Below are positions 40,581 through 49,318 of a stretch of DNA of 64,000 bases, piece by piece (position 1 is the first letter of the stretch; each line of letters begins with the position of its first letter). Below the pieces are notes generated by a model that was not told where the DNA came from, searched no databases, and saw nothing but the letters and a program-made list of their open reading frames with translations. The position numbers were made by a program, and so were the translations under genes. This stretch comes from an uncultured Nitrospiraceae bacterium (GTDB lineage: Bacteria > Nitrospirota > Nitrospiria > Nitrospirales > Nitrospiraceae), in NCBI GenBank assembly GCA_963730935.1, contig CAVSTP010000004.1, forward strand, positions 960,001-1,024,000, in the 5' to 3' direction.

Positions 40581-41969
40581 TCATTGCGTTAGCTTCTTTT
40601 TGATAAAAGACAGGTTCTCGGGGGTAGATCGCACACGTATCTTTAGTCCCTCGGCAGTATATTCTTCGGACAAGATACGCATCCGAGCTCTGATCTCTCC
40701 AATGACCTCTTGAGCAGTAAACGGGATAGAGAACTCCTCGTCGATCATATCGCTCTCAAAGTACGTCATAATGCGCTCACGTAACGCTTTCACGTCTTCC
40801 TTGCTTCTCGTGGAAAGCAAAACGGCGTCGGGATATTTCGCCTTCAGTGACGCGAGCTCTTCCGGTCCGAGACGATCTCGTTTATTCAACACCAAGAGAC
40901 TGGGAACATCCGTGGCTCCAACTTCGGCTAACACCTTCCGCGTGACTTCGAGTTGGGATCGAAAGGACGGGTCTGAGACATCGACGACAAATAGCAACAG
41001 CGAGGCACTGGCCGCTTCATCAAGCGTCGACTTAAACGAAGCCACCAGGTCATGCGGGAGCTTTTTGATAAATCCAACCGTATCGGTCATGAGCACCTTC
41101 GGCCGCGTTTCAGGATACAGTGGCCGGATGGTGGTATCGAGTGTGGCAAACAGCTTGTCGGCCACGAGTACCTCGATTCCAGTCATGGCACGCATCAGCG
41201 ATGATTTGCCGGCATTGGTATAACCGACGAGAGCGACCGTCAATTCGTTTTCCCGTCTTGCGCGGCGCGTTTGATGTTCGTCCCCAATGGACGCCAATTC
41301 CGACCTGAGCTCTTTCATGCGATCGCGAATTCTGCGCTTATCGAGCTCAAGACTCGTCTCGCCTGCCCCTTTGCCTCTGCTTCCCCCGCTTTGCCGCTCT
41401 CTGCCGCCACCGGTTTCACGCAAACGTGGCGCAAGATAATTGAGTCTAGCGATCTCCACCTGGAGTCGGGCCGCTCGTGTACGAGCGTGTCGACTAAAAA
41501 TCTCAATGATGACACCGGTACGATCGAGCACAGGAACTCCGGCGGCACTTTCAAGATTTTTCAATTGTGACGGCGAAAGATCACAGTCCACGATGACTGT
41601 CTGCGCCTGTTTGACAGGAGTGGGTGAGACCTCGATCGTTTCAGCCGATTCGCCTTCCTCTGATTCATCCGCAGCGTCCGATGCAGCCGCCTCGCGCTTC
41701 AACGCCGCTTTGTTCGTCTTTCTGTCAACCGAAGCCGCTACTTTTCCAGTACCACCGGTCCACAGCGCCAATTCGGCGAGTTTTCCCTTACCCAGGACCG
41801 TTGCGAATTTATCGGAACTACGTTTTTGTCTGACTTGGCCGACGACATTGTACCCGAGGGTTTTCACAAGACGTGTGAGCTCGTGAAGGGAACTTTCTAA
41901 CTCTTCCCCGGTCACACGAGGAGTGTGGATCGCCACAAGAACGGCACTAGGTTGTGAGGGTTTCGACAT
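40581..41969 (-). CDS. hflX: Ribosome-associated GTPase HflX
   Basis: VLDRTGVIIEIFSRHA, GYTNAGKS, LFATLD, DTVGFI, NKRD. Confidence 0.93.
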   Translation of the reverse strand: MSKPSQPSAVLVAIHTPRVTGEELESSLHELTRLVKTLGYNVVGQVRQKRSSDKFATVLGKGKLAELALWTGGTGKVAASVDRKTNKAALKREAAASDAADESEEGESAETIEVSPTPVKQAQTVIVDCDLSPSQLKNLESAAGVPVLDRTGVIIEIFSRHARTRAARLQVEIARLNYLAPRLRETGGGRERQSGGSRGKGAGETSLELDKRRIRDRMKELRSELASIGDEHQTRRARRENELTVALVGYTNAGKSSLMRAMTGIEVLVADKLFATLDTTIRPLYPETRPKVLMTDTVGFIKKLPHDLVASFKSTLDEAASASLLLFVVDVSDPSFRSQLEVTRKVLAEVGATDVPSLLVLNKRDRLGPEELASLKAKYPDAVLLSTRSKEDVKALRERIMTYFESDMIDEEFSIPFTAQEVIGEIRARMRILSEEYTAEGLKIRVRSTPENLSFIKKKLTQ

Positions 41970-42214
41970 CGCTTGCTTTCCTTGACCACAATTCTGTGAG
42001 GGTATTGGATATTAACCGGGATTTCCGTTTGAGGGCTAGATCGCGTCGCGGTATATATACCCAACGGCCTCACCGTGCAACGGTTCCAGTCCTGCTTTCA
42101 GTCCATTCCACCGCCCTGGTCCTCGTTCGCTCGGCTGCGTAAAGGACGACGACTCGATGAATGAGTGGGACTGGAAAGGAATGATGGAAGCGACCCGTTG
42201 AAACCGAATGATTA

Positions 42215-42366
42215 TCTGCTACCAGGACAGGACAAACCAGCCCCATCTATACCCATAACCGGAGCTGTCTGCTTTGTGGTTTCTCGTGGAGATACGTTGT
42301 CTGAGGTTGGACTTTCGGAAATTCGTAAACCGCAGGTCGCCCGTTCAATCCGGGTCGCCGGCTCCA
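42215..42366 (+). repeat. Type-A element end ending in an intact tRNA-Thr(CGT) 3' half (42322-42366)
   Basis: TT-CGT-AA ACCGC AGGTC GCCCG TTCAATC CGGGT CGCCGGC TCCA; preceded by TCTGCTACCAGGACAGGAC. Confidence 0.85.
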
Positions 42367-42434
42367 GTTCCGGTGATTGAACTCGTTCGAATCATGTATA
42401 GGGATTGCTGTCAAAGCGATGACCTGGGGCCGAC

Positions 42435-42558
42435 TTGACGGAGGCTCATAACGGAGGCTAAAGTCTTCCAACCTCATGACCAATCACCACAACCTGCCTG
42501 CGGCCCTCCCTGGAAGGCCACGACCGCCGGACAAACGTGAGGAAGGCGGTCGCGCATG
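42435..42558 (+). promoter_or_regulatory. Sigma70-like promoter plus structured leader motif, copy 4
   Basis: TTGACG-18-TAAAGT; TGCCTGCGGCC..GGCCA CGACCGCC..GGCGGTCG CGC ATG. Confidence 0.65.
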
Positions 42559-43008
42559 CAGAGTTCATCACCAACGACTACATCGGGAAAATCTGAGTGC
42601 ACTGTTCTCTTGATCGAGGATGATTCAGAGCAATTGGCGTATTGGGCCAGTGCACTTAGAAACTGCTCATCCCATTATTCGGTGTTGGAAGCGGCAAGCG
42701 GTGAAGAAGGCCTCGACCTGCTCAAGTACCAGAAAGTCGACTGCGTTGTCTTGGATCTGGATCTGTCGACCTCATCAGGTTTCCAATTCTTGTTTGAGCT
42801 AGTCCCCAACCGTAACCGGCCAGAGATCGCCGTACTCATTCTGAGTCGTCTACAGAATCCCACACTGGAAACGGTGGCGCTGGAGAATGGTGCCCAAGCC
42901 TATCTAATTAAGCAGCACACGTCGGCTGACGCACTCGACAAAGCGATCCAGAAAGCTGAGGCCGCTGTGGCATCTGGGCTGGGTAAAAAGCCCAAGGTCT
43001 GTGCCTAA
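42556..43008 (+). CDS. Single-domain response regulator
   Basis: VLLIEDD, VDCVVLDLDL, VLILS, YLIK. Confidence 0.9.
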   Translation: MQSSSPTTTSGKSECTVLLIEDDSEQLAYWASALRNCSSHYSVLEAASGEEGLDLLKYQKVDCVVLDLDLSTSSGFQFLFELVPNRNRPEIAVLILSRLQNPTLETVALENGAQAYLIKQHTSADALDKAIQKAEAAVASGLGKKPKVCA

Positions 43009-43545
43009 ACTGCCTCCTTTCGTTCGCACACGCTTGAACCGCTGATCTTCTTGTCGAGGCGTTCGGCTCTAGACACCCACCCAGTGTGACCTCTCAGCGA
43101 CCCAGTGTATCTCTGGCCGGAATATGTCCCTCATGCAACTTGTGACTGAATTCCTGCTGAAAGGCAAAGAGCTATGCAAGCGCCTGCGTTCTAAGGAGGG
43201 AACGACCCTTTCCAAGGGCGACCTGCACCTATTGAGGGAGCAGCTACAGCTTCTCGATACCGAAGCGGCGAATCTACTGAATCAGAAGGAGGGAGGAGAG
43301 TGACCGGCCTAGAGTGACCCTCAGACCGCCTGTGTCGTTCGCCGTCTTCGCATCCACATAACCAATGGCACTCAGTCGCCAACGTTTTACCGACGGACGT
43401 CAGATGACTCCGCATGAAAGGACCACCTTTCTCAGGTGCCACCAATGGCACCCTCTTCTGTAACTCCTTGAATTTGTTTGCTGCGAAATGTCACTTTTTT
43501 CACTGTTTTTTCGTTGAACTGATTGATTTATTAAGGCTTTCTCGT

Positions 43546-43593
43546 GCCCTAAAAAGGCTGGTGTCGACAGTTCGATTCTGTCCCTCGGCACCA
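43546..43593 (+). repeat. attR: duplicated 3' part of tRNA-Phe
   Basis: 48 bp with one mismatch (anticodon G>A) to 22827-22874. Confidence 0.92.
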
Positions 43594-43779
43594 TCTTTCC
43601 ACTCCCTACGCGATCCTGAACTAGTTCGACGTAGATCGATGACACTTCTAGTGCCACCTGGAACGCGTTTTTTGCTCTTTGGGACTAATTTCCTCTCGTA
43701 ATTTCTGCTCGGTAAATACCAGCCGTGAAACCGCATCTCGTAGACGCGAATCCCGCGGCATAGACCGCGAAAAACAGAC

Positions 43780-43813
43780 AAAAAAAGGGTGCCATGCTTT
43801 CATGGCACCCTTT
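43780..43813 (-). terminator. Rho-independent terminator
   Basis: AAAGGGTGCCATG-AAAG-CATGGCACCCTTTTTTT on the minus strand. Confidence 0.85.
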
Positions 43814-43838
43814 CGCCTGCTCGATTAGCGTGAGCCGC

Positions 43839-44165
43839 TTACCAGCGATCGCGCTTTCCACCGGGACCACGGCCACCGCCGCCACCGAATCCACCGCCGC
43901 CGCCACCGGAACGCTGCTCCATCGGTTTCGCTTCATTGACCGTTAACGTGCGGCCACCCATGTCCGAGCCATTAAGCGCCGTGATCGCGGCTTTCGCCTC
44001 AGAATCCGAGGACATCTCCACGAAGCCAAATCCGCGGGACTGTCCCGTGAACTTGTCTGCGATGATCCTCGCAGAAGCCACCGTGCCATGCGCCCCAAAC
44101 AAATCGTTCAACTGCTGCTCGGTCGCCGAATAGGGCAACCCACCGACGTAAAGTTTCGAACCCAT
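43839..44165 (-). CDS. RRM RNA-binding protein with Gly-rich tail
   Basis: KLYVGGL (RNP2), RGFGFVEM (RNP1); AGGAGG RBS. Confidence 0.95.
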   Translation of the reverse strand: MGSKLYVGGLPYSATEQQLNDLFGAHGTVASARIIADKFTGQSRGFGFVEMSSDSEAKAAITALNGSDMGGRTLTVNEAKPMEQRSGGGGGGFGGGGGRGPGGKRDRW

Positions 44166-44386
44166 GTGGGGTTCCTCCTTTGAATATGACATTGTCTTGA
44201 ACACGAGGAACGGGGGAAGGAGCGGGCCGAAGACGCGAGACATGCGGCGACTTGGGTCTGACTTCCGACGAGATTCCCGGACAAGGCAACATCGATGTTG
44301 CGGGCCTTCCTCATTGAACCAGCTTCGTCGCGAGGCCCGTACGACGATAGACTCAACCGTAACACAGGGAGTGGTTGTTTACAACC

Positions 44387-44872
44387 TTACATATGATGGA
44401 CAGAGGGTGAACGGTGAAATTGCTCCACCACTGGGAACGTCAGGGACGCAAAGTCCCAGTAGCGCATGCGGATCGCTTCCGAATGAGTCCCGGCTTGGAA
44501 GACGATCTCCTCGTCCTCCACGAGTGATTGATCAACATATACAGGGAGCCCGTAGAGATGCCCAAAGGGCGGCATTGCACCCAACTCACAGTCCGGAAAC
44601 ATGTTCTTGAACTCCTCCTCGGTCGCGAGCCGCACTTGGTGAGTGGCGAACACAATCCTCAAGCGGTGGAAATCCACACACCAGCTTGCCGGCAACACCA
44701 TCATAATGAACCGCTGATCCACTTTCACGATTACAACTTTGGCCATCTCCTTTTCCGGAGTATGGAGCATCTGAGCGATGGCCACAGCATGAAACGCCTC
44801 CGGGTGGGGCAGTACGTCATAATGTACCCGTTCGTGATCAAGATAGGCTTTGAGTATCCGTGAAATTGACAT
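44387..44872 (-). CDS. YbaK/EbsC aminoacyl-tRNA deacylase family protein
   Basis: MAKVVIVK, RLATEEEF..CELGAMPPFG, FQAGTH. Confidence 0.9.
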   Translation of the reverse strand: MSISRILKAYLDHERVHYDVLPHPEAFHAVAIAQMLHTPEKEMAKVVIVKVDQRFIMMVLPASWCVDFHRLRIVFATHQVRLATEEEFKNMFPDCELGAMPPFGHLYGLPVYVDQSLVEDEEIVFQAGTHSEAIRMRYWDFASLTFPVVEQFHRSPSVHHM

Positions 44873-45407
44873 GGTGCCACCTCCTGAGGTCCCCTATCTC
44901 CGTAAGCAAAGCCTTACGCCTTCGAAAGCGATACTGCTGTGAAAGGTGAACTGCGAATCGCAAGAATTAACTCGCATCGAGCGTAGGCTTTCAGTCTAGA
45001 GCAGTCAAGAGGGCATCTTTGAAAAGTCCAATCTAGGTTGACCGAGATTTGGATTGACCGTTGCACACAGGGGCGTCGCTCCTTCCACCGGAACTGGCTG
45101 GCAAAGTCCCTGTCAGCAGAAACGTACAAGTAGCTCCATTAGCGAGACCTTTCGGGTAGGAGCGAGCGGCCATACCTTAAAGCAGTGGGCAGCGAAGTAA
45201 GAAGGTGCCACCAGGCACCTCATTCTGTAACTCTTTTCTCCCTTTACGGTGCGATAGCGCGGTATATAGATGGCTTAGGAACCCGCCAGGTCACTTTGCC
45301 AGCCTTTGCGGATGCGGGGGGATGCTGAGACCATCATGGCTGGTACTGGTCGCCGCTCTGTCGAGATTATCCCAAAACCTTTGCTGACACTAAGGCCCAC
45401 ATTTTTC

Positions 45408-45827
45408 TCAGTTTTCGTGATAGAGCGCCAGGAGTTGATCAAGCTGCGCCTGAACTGCAATCAGTTCGTGTTCGCCCTTTGGATTGACACGGATAGCCTG
45501 AACCCCTTCCACCGGCACCGCTTCGTCGTCAATCCAAAACACTTCTTGTTCAACTAGGAGTTTCACGGCTTCCGCGATCCACACGGTCTTGTTGGCATAG
45601 TTAGTCCACTCTGCGTAACGAAATTGGCTTATCAGATTGGCGTTATAGGTTACCGTCAGGAATGCCTTAACCTTCTCTTGATCCCATGAAGTCAACCAAA
45701 TCACTTCAAACTGCTCAAATGCCCATTCCAACCAAGCGTTCACTCCAGGGCGCAACTGGAATGCGCCTTCGTAATCGCCGAACAACACACCGTCGATATC
45801 GTGAAATAGGATGGGCTTCGCGGTCAC
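45408..45827 (-). CDS. Small HAD-family protein
   Basis: LFHDIDGVL, WLTSW, FWIDDE motifs. Confidence 0.7.
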   Translation of the reverse strand: MTAKPILFHDIDGVLFGDYEGAFQLRPGVNAWLEWAFEQFEVIWLTSWDQEKVKAFLTVTYNANLISQFRYAEWTNYANKTVWIAEAVKLLVEQEVFWIDDEAVPVEGVQAIRVNPKGEHELIAVQAQLDQLLALYHEN

Positions 45828-46096
45828 GTCAACAAGCCTAGCAGAGGATTATTAAAATCATGAGGTATACCCGCCAAGAGTCGAACTGTTGCGGGTGAGT
45901 ATTGGGCCTGCCTAACCTAGCAAGTCTGTTGGGCCTTTTTCGTCGGGTCCTTTTTTGGCAAAAGGTCGACATCGGAAGGCGGGGCCATCCCCCGGTGAGC
46001 GGATCCGAACAGCTTGGGCGAATTGAAATGGAAAGGCACCCGGGGGTCCGCCTGCCCCGCTGCTCCCTGTCACCGGCGCCGGCATCTGCCCCCTTC

Positions 46097-46903
46097 TCAG
46101 TCTTCGGCGTCGATCCTTCGCAAATAGTGGAGCGCAATGGCCGCAGTGGCCGCGACATTGAGCGACTCAATGTGTCGGCTCAGCGGAATGGTGAAGCGGC
46201 ATGCAGCCTGCTTGATCGTGTGAAGGGAAAGTCCGCGGCTTTCATTTCCAACAGCGACGATCATACGCTTCGGAATGGTTCGGATCGTCTCCATGCTGAC
46301 TGCTTGGCCCTCCGCGGCTTCGGCGGCAAACAGCACCAAGCCCTTTCTAGTCAGGCTCGCCACATCCTCAACAACGAAAATCGGCAGGGAAAGCACAGCG
46401 CCGGCCGATGCCCGCACCACTTTTGGATTGTAAATATCCGCTGACTCGGGGGTCAGCCACAGGGCATCAATATTCAACGCTGCCGCCGTACGGATGATCG
46501 CCCCCACATTGGCGGGATCTTGCAACTGCTCCCCATACAACCCGAAAAGCCTGGATTGCCCAAAAAGCATTTCCTGATTCCAACGCGGCTGTTTCACGAC
46601 AGCAAGAATGCCTTGGGGGCTTTCGAGATTCGAGAAGGCGGAGAAGATGCGGCTCGAAGAGCGGAATGAGGGAATATTCAGAGATTCCCGAAGGAGACGT
46701 TGCTGGTGGCTTTCCCGCCGTTCGTAATCGGCAGCGAGTACCAAACTCTGGACACTGGCCGGATGATGCAGGAGCACATCACAAACGGGCTTGGCGCCCT
46801 CGATGATGAAGGCGCCTTGAGCGTTTCGAGCCCGCTTATCTCGGAGGAGTTCTCGAATGCGCGCCGATTGCGCGCGCGTCAATAAGTTGGCAGGTGCGGA
46901 CAA
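46097..46903 (-). CDS. TrmH/SpoU-family RNA methyltransferase
   Basis: QDPANVGAIIRTA, GNESRGL, ESLNVA. Confidence 0.93.
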   Translation of the reverse strand: MSAPANLLTRAQSARIRELLRDKRARNAQGAFIIEGAKPVCDVLLHHPASVQSLVLAADYERRESHQQRLLRESLNIPSFRSSSRIFSAFSNLESPQGILAVVKQPRWNQEMLFGQSRLFGLYGEQLQDPANVGAIIRTAAALNIDALWLTPESADIYNPKVVRASAGAVLSLPIFVVEDVASLTRKGLVLFAAEAAEGQAVSMETIRTIPKRMIVAVGNESRGLSLHTIKQAACRFTIPLSRHIESLNVAATAAIALHYLRRIDAED

Positions 46904-46918
46904 TCGAGCCGTCTGCGA

Positions 46919-47260
46919 TTACCGACGCTTCCTGCCGGATGCCGCTTCCGCCGCACGAATCCGCTGTGCCCTTGCTTTCGCACGCTTGAGCAGGGTCAGC
47001 TTGCCGCGAGTCCGATCGTCCTCATGCTGCAACTGCTCGAGTTGAGATTTGAGGTGGGCCTTCTCCTGCTTGTGCAAGGTTGCACATTCTTCACGGGAGA
47101 GCTGCACCCAATCCCCGCTGGTGTTGGCTCGCTTGATCCGTTGCTCCAATGATTCGCGCAACTGTTTGTTCCGCATAGAAAGGAGCGACTTCAGGGCCTG
47201 TCTCCGTCGCTGTACCTCTTCCTCCTCCGCCATGATCCCGCGAATATCTGTCCCCAACAT
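46919..47260 (-). CDS. Coiled-coil hypothetical protein
   Basis: AAGGAGG RBS; co-oriented with the trmH-family gene. Confidence 0.75.
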   Translation of the reverse strand: MLGTDIRGIMAEEEEVQRRRQALKSLLSMRNKQLRESLEQRIKRANTSGDWVQLSREECATLHKQEKAHLKSQLEQLQHEDDRTRGKLTLLKRAKARAQRIRAAEAASGRKRR

Positions 47261-47430
47261 GATCCGCCTCCTTACGCTCCAAGAATGAATTGTGCGCTAT
47301 TGTACCCGATTTCATTGCTCACCTTCCACAGGGAGAATTCAATCGTAAGGTATTGATTACAAGCATAAAATTGGCGAAGCATCTCCAGGCGACGGTTGCC
47401 ATGAATTCCTCGCTTCGGATATCATCGCGC

Positions 47431-47889
47431 ATGGCCATCGGTTCGCAGATCCAAGCCTGGCGCCTGTCCCGGGGTTTTTCACCGGAGTATCTCGCCGCTG
47501 AAGCCGGCATTTCATTGCAAGCACTTGACGAGATCGAGGCCGAATCACTGGATCCCTCGACCGGCACGCTGGAACGGCTGGCAACCGCCATGAAGATTCC
47601 CGTCGCCTGGCTGTTTGCTCATCCCGACACCTTCGATCTGCTCTTTCATGAGTCTGAGGAGAAAGACGAGACACCGAATGGTCCGGACCCGGTCACGGAA
47701 CGGATCCTCGCCGGCTCGAGGATGGACCGCTCGCTCTATGTCATGCTCACGGCACTGATCCAGAGCGGCGAACCCAAATTGCTGCGTGCCGCGGAAATGA
47801 GCCTCAAGAGTCTGGTCAAGCAATCCAAGCAGTCCACGGTTCCATGGCAGAACCGCCCCTCCGGCCACTTTGAACCACCCAGCGACTGA
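47431..47889 (+). CDS. XRE-family HTH regulator
   Basis: IGSQIQAWRLSRGFSPEYLAAEAGIS...LERLATAM; start uncertain. Confidence 0.8.
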   Translation: MAIGSQIQAWRLSRGFSPEYLAAEAGISLQALDEIEAESLDPSTGTLERLATAMKIPVAWLFAHPDTFDLLFHESEEKDETPNGPDPVTERILAGSRMDRSLYVMLTALIQSGEPKLLRAAEMSLKSLVKQSKQSTVPWQNRPSGHFEPPSD

Positions 47890-47972
47890 TGAATCTCACG
47901 CCGACCGGCGAATCAAAGTTCGTACGCCTGCGTCTTTCCGGTGGTTGCGCGCTTCTGAATTATGAGGAGAGG

Positions 47973-49166
47973 TTAGAGAACTTGCAGAATGAAACACTTG
48001 AGATACCGCGTTTCTGGCATCGTTGCGAGAATGGGATGGTCCGAAGCCTGCCCCCGCTGCTCCAGTAACCGAACCGACCGCTTGGCATCCTGCGCTGCCC
48101 GTCCAAGCACCTTCCACAGGTCCGCATCCGAGACGTGATGTGAACAGGAGCTGGTGACGACGATCCCCTCCGGTTTCGTTAAACGAATCCCCAGCAAATT
48201 GATGTCCTTGTATCCGGCCAACGCTCGCGGGACAGCCTGTTTGCTGCGAGCAAACGCGGGCGGGTCGAGAAGTACCACATCAAATTGCCTGCCGGTTTGT
48301 TCCAACCGACGCAGTTCTTCAAAGGCATCCGCAGCACGATACGAACACCGTTCTTGAACGCCGTTAAGGCGAGCGTGCTCCCGCGCGAGGATCAGTGCCT
48401 CCTCGCTGACATCCAATCCTTCCACATGGCTCGCCCCAGCGAGTGCTGCTTGGATGCCGAATGCACCCGTGTGACAGAACACCTCCAGCACCTGCTTGCC
48501 TGCCGTCAAGCGCGCAGCGGCAAGGCGATTTTCGCGTTGATCGCAGAACCACCCGGTCTTTTGGCCACGGGCAATATCAACGAGAAACCGCGCCGCCCCC
48601 TCCCGTACCTCGATCGTGGTGCCTCCGTCCCCCCGCAAGAACCCAGTCACCGGCGACAACCCTTCCAACAAGCGGCTCTTGGCATCGTTTCGAAGGTAGA
48701 CCCGGGCGCTCGTCGTTGCCTTGCACAGGAGATCGGCCAACATCTCTTTGCGGCGATCCATCCCGCTCGAGAGCGTTTGCATCACCAGCACATCATCGTA
48801 TCGATCGACGATCAGCCCAGGTAACAGGTCCGCTTCGCCATAGGTCAGACGATAGGCGGTCGTGTCGGACGCAATTCGCGTCCGTAGCCGCACCGCCTGG
48901 GCAATCCGCTCCCTCCAGAAGGCCGGGGTGATCGATTCTTCTTGGAATGTAAGAATGCGGACACGAATTTTCGAGGCGGGATTGTAGAGCCCGCGCGCAT
49001 AGAAGCGACCGTTCGGCATCACGACATCGACGAGGTCTCCGGTAACCGGCTGCCCGCGGACGGCATGGATAAAGCCGGCATAAATCCACAGGTGACCGGT
49101 GCCTGCAATTTCGTTGGCGCGCGCCAATGTGACAACGCCTGTCGGAGTATCCTGCTCGGTAGTCAT
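47973..49166 (-). CDS. RlmI-like SAM-dependent rRNA methyltransferase
   Basis: GHLWIY, GQKTGWFCDQRENR, DVVLLDPPAFA, ETRYLK. Confidence 0.88.
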   Translation of the reverse strand: MTTEQDTPTGVVTLARANEIAGTGHLWIYAGFIHAVRGQPVTGDLVDVVMPNGRFYARGLYNPASKIRVRILTFQEESITPAFWRERIAQAVRLRTRIASDTTAYRLTYGEADLLPGLIVDRYDDVLVMQTLSSGMDRRKEMLADLLCKATTSARVYLRNDAKSRLLEGLSPVTGFLRGDGGTTIEVREGAARFLVDIARGQKTGWFCDQRENRLAAARLTAGKQVLEVFCHTGAFGIQAALAGASHVEGLDVSEEALILAREHARLNGVQERCSYRAADAFEELRRLEQTGRQFDVVLLDPPAFARSKQAVPRALAGYKDINLLGIRLTKPEGIVVTSSCSHHVSDADLWKVLGRAAQDAKRSVRLLEQRGQASDHPILATMPETRYLKCFILQVL

Positions 49167-49318
49167 GCGGTAGTTATCCGATGGAGATGGCCGAAGGTCA
49201 AGCCCGTGACCGCGTGAATGTACTCCGTTCTGTCTATGCTTGACGGGTCGCGCCCGCTGTGCTTTGCTGGGGCCAGACATCGATCGGCAGGTGTCCGTGT
49301 CGGGCGGGCAGCGTGACA

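Larger units (their letters stand above)
22875..43593. mobile_element. Composite genomic island integrated in tRNA-Phe
   Basis: 42-bp exact direct repeat 22833-22874 / 43552-43593; integrase relic next to the tRNA. Confidence 0.9.

Noticed and set aside
42322..42366. Functional tRNA-Thr genes at 42322 and 28384, tRNA-Arg at 11952, tRNA-Phe at 43546
   Set aside because: 5' halves (acceptor 5' strand and D arm) are missing; these are att relics
45960..46095. GC-rich stems downstream of the trmH-family gene as SRP or 6S RNA
   Set aside because: No SRP helix-8 GNRA/AGCAG signature or 6S architecture recognised
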